Positions 8,101 to 8,409 of a stretch of 8,409 nucleotides of DNA are shown here, piece after piece. The translations under genes and the position numbers were made by a program. Under the pieces are notes generated by a model. It ran no database searches and had not been told where the DNA came from. It saw only the letters and a program-made list of their open reading frames with translations. Each line of letters starts with the position of its first letter. Position 1 is the first letter of the stretch. Source of the stretch: an uncultured archaeon (GTDB lineage: Archaea > Asgardarchaeota > Lokiarchaeia > Sigyniarchaeales > Promethearchaeaceae); the NCBI GenBank assembly GCA_964426185.1, contig CAYRPF010000106.1, positions 1 to 8,409 on the forward strand. Direction: 5' to 3'.

Positions 8101-8241
8101 GACTGGGGAAGTTTTTAGTTCTTGTTGTATAAAAACCCAACAACGTATCATAATAACCAATCCTATAAATGTAAATAGAAGGGTTAACCCGCTGTTTAAC
8201 AATCCGGCATAATCATAATTATTTTCAGTTTGTAACAACAT
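2119..8241 (-). CDS. Giant multidomain membrane protein: N-terminal ~9-TM domain + HEAT/ARM-repeat solenoid + C-terminal CTL/SLC44-like ~9-10-TM domain
   Basis: Uninterrupted 2040-codon ORF. ATG start is preceded by AAGGAAGC. Hydrophobic helices cluster at aa ~14-428 and ~1543-1980. The central region is helical with repeated L-x-x-[DS]-x-x-x-x-[VI]-R-like units. The CDS itself is near certain; the domain names come from motif recognition by eye. Confidence 0.9.
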   Translation of the reverse strand: MLLQTENNYDYAGLLNSGLTLLFTFIGLVIMIRCWVFIQQELKTSPVYTKWQKRRNTIGAMTFSVMVSFAVVFVLAMITSIFARNALLILPDVENTIWTEEMVKAFQFPNFLPITLFVIATFSFFYPIYEYYLLSKPSQEGATEIQQALETKFIDRFETPWNSLAAMFLFFLIVLAAPLVTSYIALNYWNIPSNLTEGWAVGIIFLVWLLLGPMFYLSYYTYNGTAHAIYRAQRVILKKEPQMLIIYIIAILSIISTVYSLISFSLDYLPIFWGNIPESVSNPSVTRSGAVEEIITFLAQINPNISAEEIEQIQMFFILFPLDFLGFILTTCLFGLFGFYKKFLSKEPLNTSKMVLFAAYIITGIAFSIFINAMYKYPDFFPDDNLHFIGLNLDFSRTTDRELIYRSFGFAILIQKILNIYFLVHFLFLDKSIPQNADEWVLNRAIISNDFETLKKYSRHENFEMRILVADTVIKYVHMKDSLPRQTAKHISEIIGELLSDENPKITRILKGEINEIIIKLDKKTLITTLTELLESKEKSKIKQARNVLRQIVKRNILNPLDLCGELIKKNLSNQGYETVFHIVALYEKQEHKAVWKFIHPLLSSNSKPQVIFGALKVIANVPSKFAPQSKDLEDIFLSLVKHKNTQMLIATLQTFGNYAMAVPALISTLMGTFNEIPDKDDEIVRQKLGIVVKLTNIKPEWFENFFAYIEKYLKSSHLQYKADAAVALGSLSSQISEDLFKKYLYPYFKLFVNSSSLDIRQATLSSLIVIAQTRKDIYSQNYFQHLFSPLLIDDIKELRHLVHRFFIESDSPHYLLGDIAILLKTPLTTIVRIDLLNILTQITDKITPYLDEISLIPILISQAEQIEETLKYEQIVELRDEKTTFFGFRENFESLTVFGTTLALLAEILYHAPAKYDELFVYLESHYAEGGEVALAKILDVYFRILQEKLRKLRKGYPDINIDNIMFKLKENYAKLTPNIQNILVRHMIILFNIDKGFFGEIFEILHNLLSLHLSLSVNTIKQTLILFATLIGEQTRKGFKTQKILNYSTKQFEKVNPYEETFKPLIYRYMHSKEPLVQEGIAEALKRLIETTNKEKIIQSLILDTIQTSKDSRTKITAMNVLMNLPIEGDFRKELHIVEHQISSSDEYVKAKALEVLGYFLRKFPPVSRRENKRSYKHIKSLIYSHFVNLYNPNLPPVVKKAIVEEISSLALIQVNLPLCLKLIVQAVRDPEPTVAVKALNTYFAYADKFEIRKIRFQQDIRSFANTNVVEVHKKLVQKLLEYHQKGIRMQIVIPTLLKLASSDNSEIRSTTHGVFMAIFKSDPNEFMDYFDIIFKLISDRNPAVRKDAGKMILQVLFTNPEPFAENNQVFYSFQRLAFDSNEDVRIMLSSNLAELERNFPDRTNDVLNMCYNIIRFNDEMAIHPITLVLKTIWNKNPAFQEDIFSKLTRFYKKTQNAELFSLLAELDPKKSSLLKKRMEKFKSRTEKKEWKRLQKQELIEKKKQLKARRVKKYKELYRESPPFDLEGFEYFGRMHRISEGILAVLFIVFFAIGIWSLYVIGVDVTVKYAGVNLDQLEGMSKILGKYSLTSILVIVGIYIVSLLAAYFIVRVFAEIAMVIMYLVLFVQVALYYILYRYVEFEYNGQNYNWVFLVLIIPSILFLTIWRRKFKLASKFLKMSCLVVVKEKQMLIPQFFQTFLVNLLSFFYGLTAWKFFFKIEKNGPTVIYQKVSELGISDTYLFIGFTALFVFLIYIVFYSTLGMKQLMIHHWYRGGSLSYRKSFRVLRRRWWGLMGYAFTSTIIHMIQFVTKFLKGDYHPKTPKEAMELAAKVKPVDPQSFDKTKKVKGKKKKAPLIERLWMYMNMFTMPAIVIENRPYSLALLRSIRMIVTNTVDLFIKQSNVNKIFRVMQYIMWATNALIGGFVGALFGWIYGVNMIITVGIAVPLFLWVGGMTQTLIINDLNTSYLTIMYVYTLDIIYNKYGYTRYKLEKPKEIERWEKKQEKKAKRRSKREERKERRIERKREREAAKKNNPHPK
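2300..3633 (-). other. Choline-transporter-like (CTL/SLC44/Pns1) membrane domain within the 2040-aa protein (aa ~1537-1980)
   Basis: About 9-10 hydrophobic helices. CTL-like motifs appear in the expected order: RRKFKLASKFLKMS...MLIP, HHWYR, SFRVLRRRWWG, IERLWMYMNMFTMPAIVIENRPYSLALLRSIRMI and a terminal SYLTIMYVY helix. Confidence 0.65.
3831..6940 (-). repeat. Protein-level HEAT/ARM-like repeat region within the 2040-aa protein (aa ~435-1470)
   Basis: Recurring units include LLSDENPKITRIL, LLSSNSKPQVIFGALKVI, YLKSSHLQYKADAAVALGSL, FVNSSSLDIRQATLSSL, YMHSKEPLVQEGIAEALKRL, ISSSDEYVKAKALEVLGYF, VRDPEPTVAVKAL, LASSDNSEIRST (aa 1302), LISDRNPAVRKDAG (aa 1339) and LAFDSNEDVRIMLSSNL (aa 1379). The last three are 37 and 40 aa apart, matching HEAT periodicity. 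The repeats are too diverged to see at the DNA level. Confidence 0.85.
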
Positions 8242-8265
8242 GCTTCCTTATTTGGTATTTGATTG

Positions 8266-8276
8266 CTTTATATTTT
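8266..8276 (-). promoter_or_regulatory. Candidate TATA box for the giant gene
   Basis: AAAATATAAAG centred about 30 nt upstream of ATG 8241, the spacing expected for a leaderless or short-leader archaeal transcript. Confidence 0.3.
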
Positions 8277-8409
8277 ACTGGTGGAAGGTTTTGTTAAACA
8301 ATATCTCAAAATTGAAAGTTTTTTAATAATTTGGGAGTAAATAACATTAAGATGTGGTTAAATACTTCTAATAGAAATATTAAAAATCAAAAAATACTGT
8401 CAGTAACAG

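Noticed and set aside
8395-8405. Palindrome TACTG-T-CAGTA at the right edge
   Set aside because: Only 5-bp arms, at the window boundary, with no context to interpret it.
1-8409. CRISPR arrays, tRNA/rRNA genes, IS elements
   Set aside because: No regularly spaced DNA repeats, cloverleaf or transposase motifs. The spacers are too short to hold them.

Overview
AT-rich prokaryotic window with four genes, all on the minus strand. In transcription order they are a giant 2040-aa membrane protein (2119-8241), queE, queC and queD. The three que genes encode the steps from dihydroneopterin triphosphate to preQ0 (7-cyano-7-deazaguanine). No folE, queF, tgt, arcS or dpd gene lies in the window. The giant protein is the most unusual element and has three parts: (1) an N-terminal domain of about 9 TM helices that I cannot assign; (2) about 1000 aa of HEAT/ARM-type alpha-solenoid repeats; (3) a C-terminal domain of about 9-10 TM helices whose motifs resemble the mainly eukaryotic choline-transporter-like family (CTL/SLC44/Pns1), flanked by very basic segments. 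Oligo-T tracts without GC hairpins, TATA-like boxes, an AGGTGA Shine-Dalgarno and the eukaryote-like domains suggest an archaeon, possibly Asgard/Lokiarchaeia. That placement is inference only. If it holds, preQ0 most likely feeds archaeosine synthesis.
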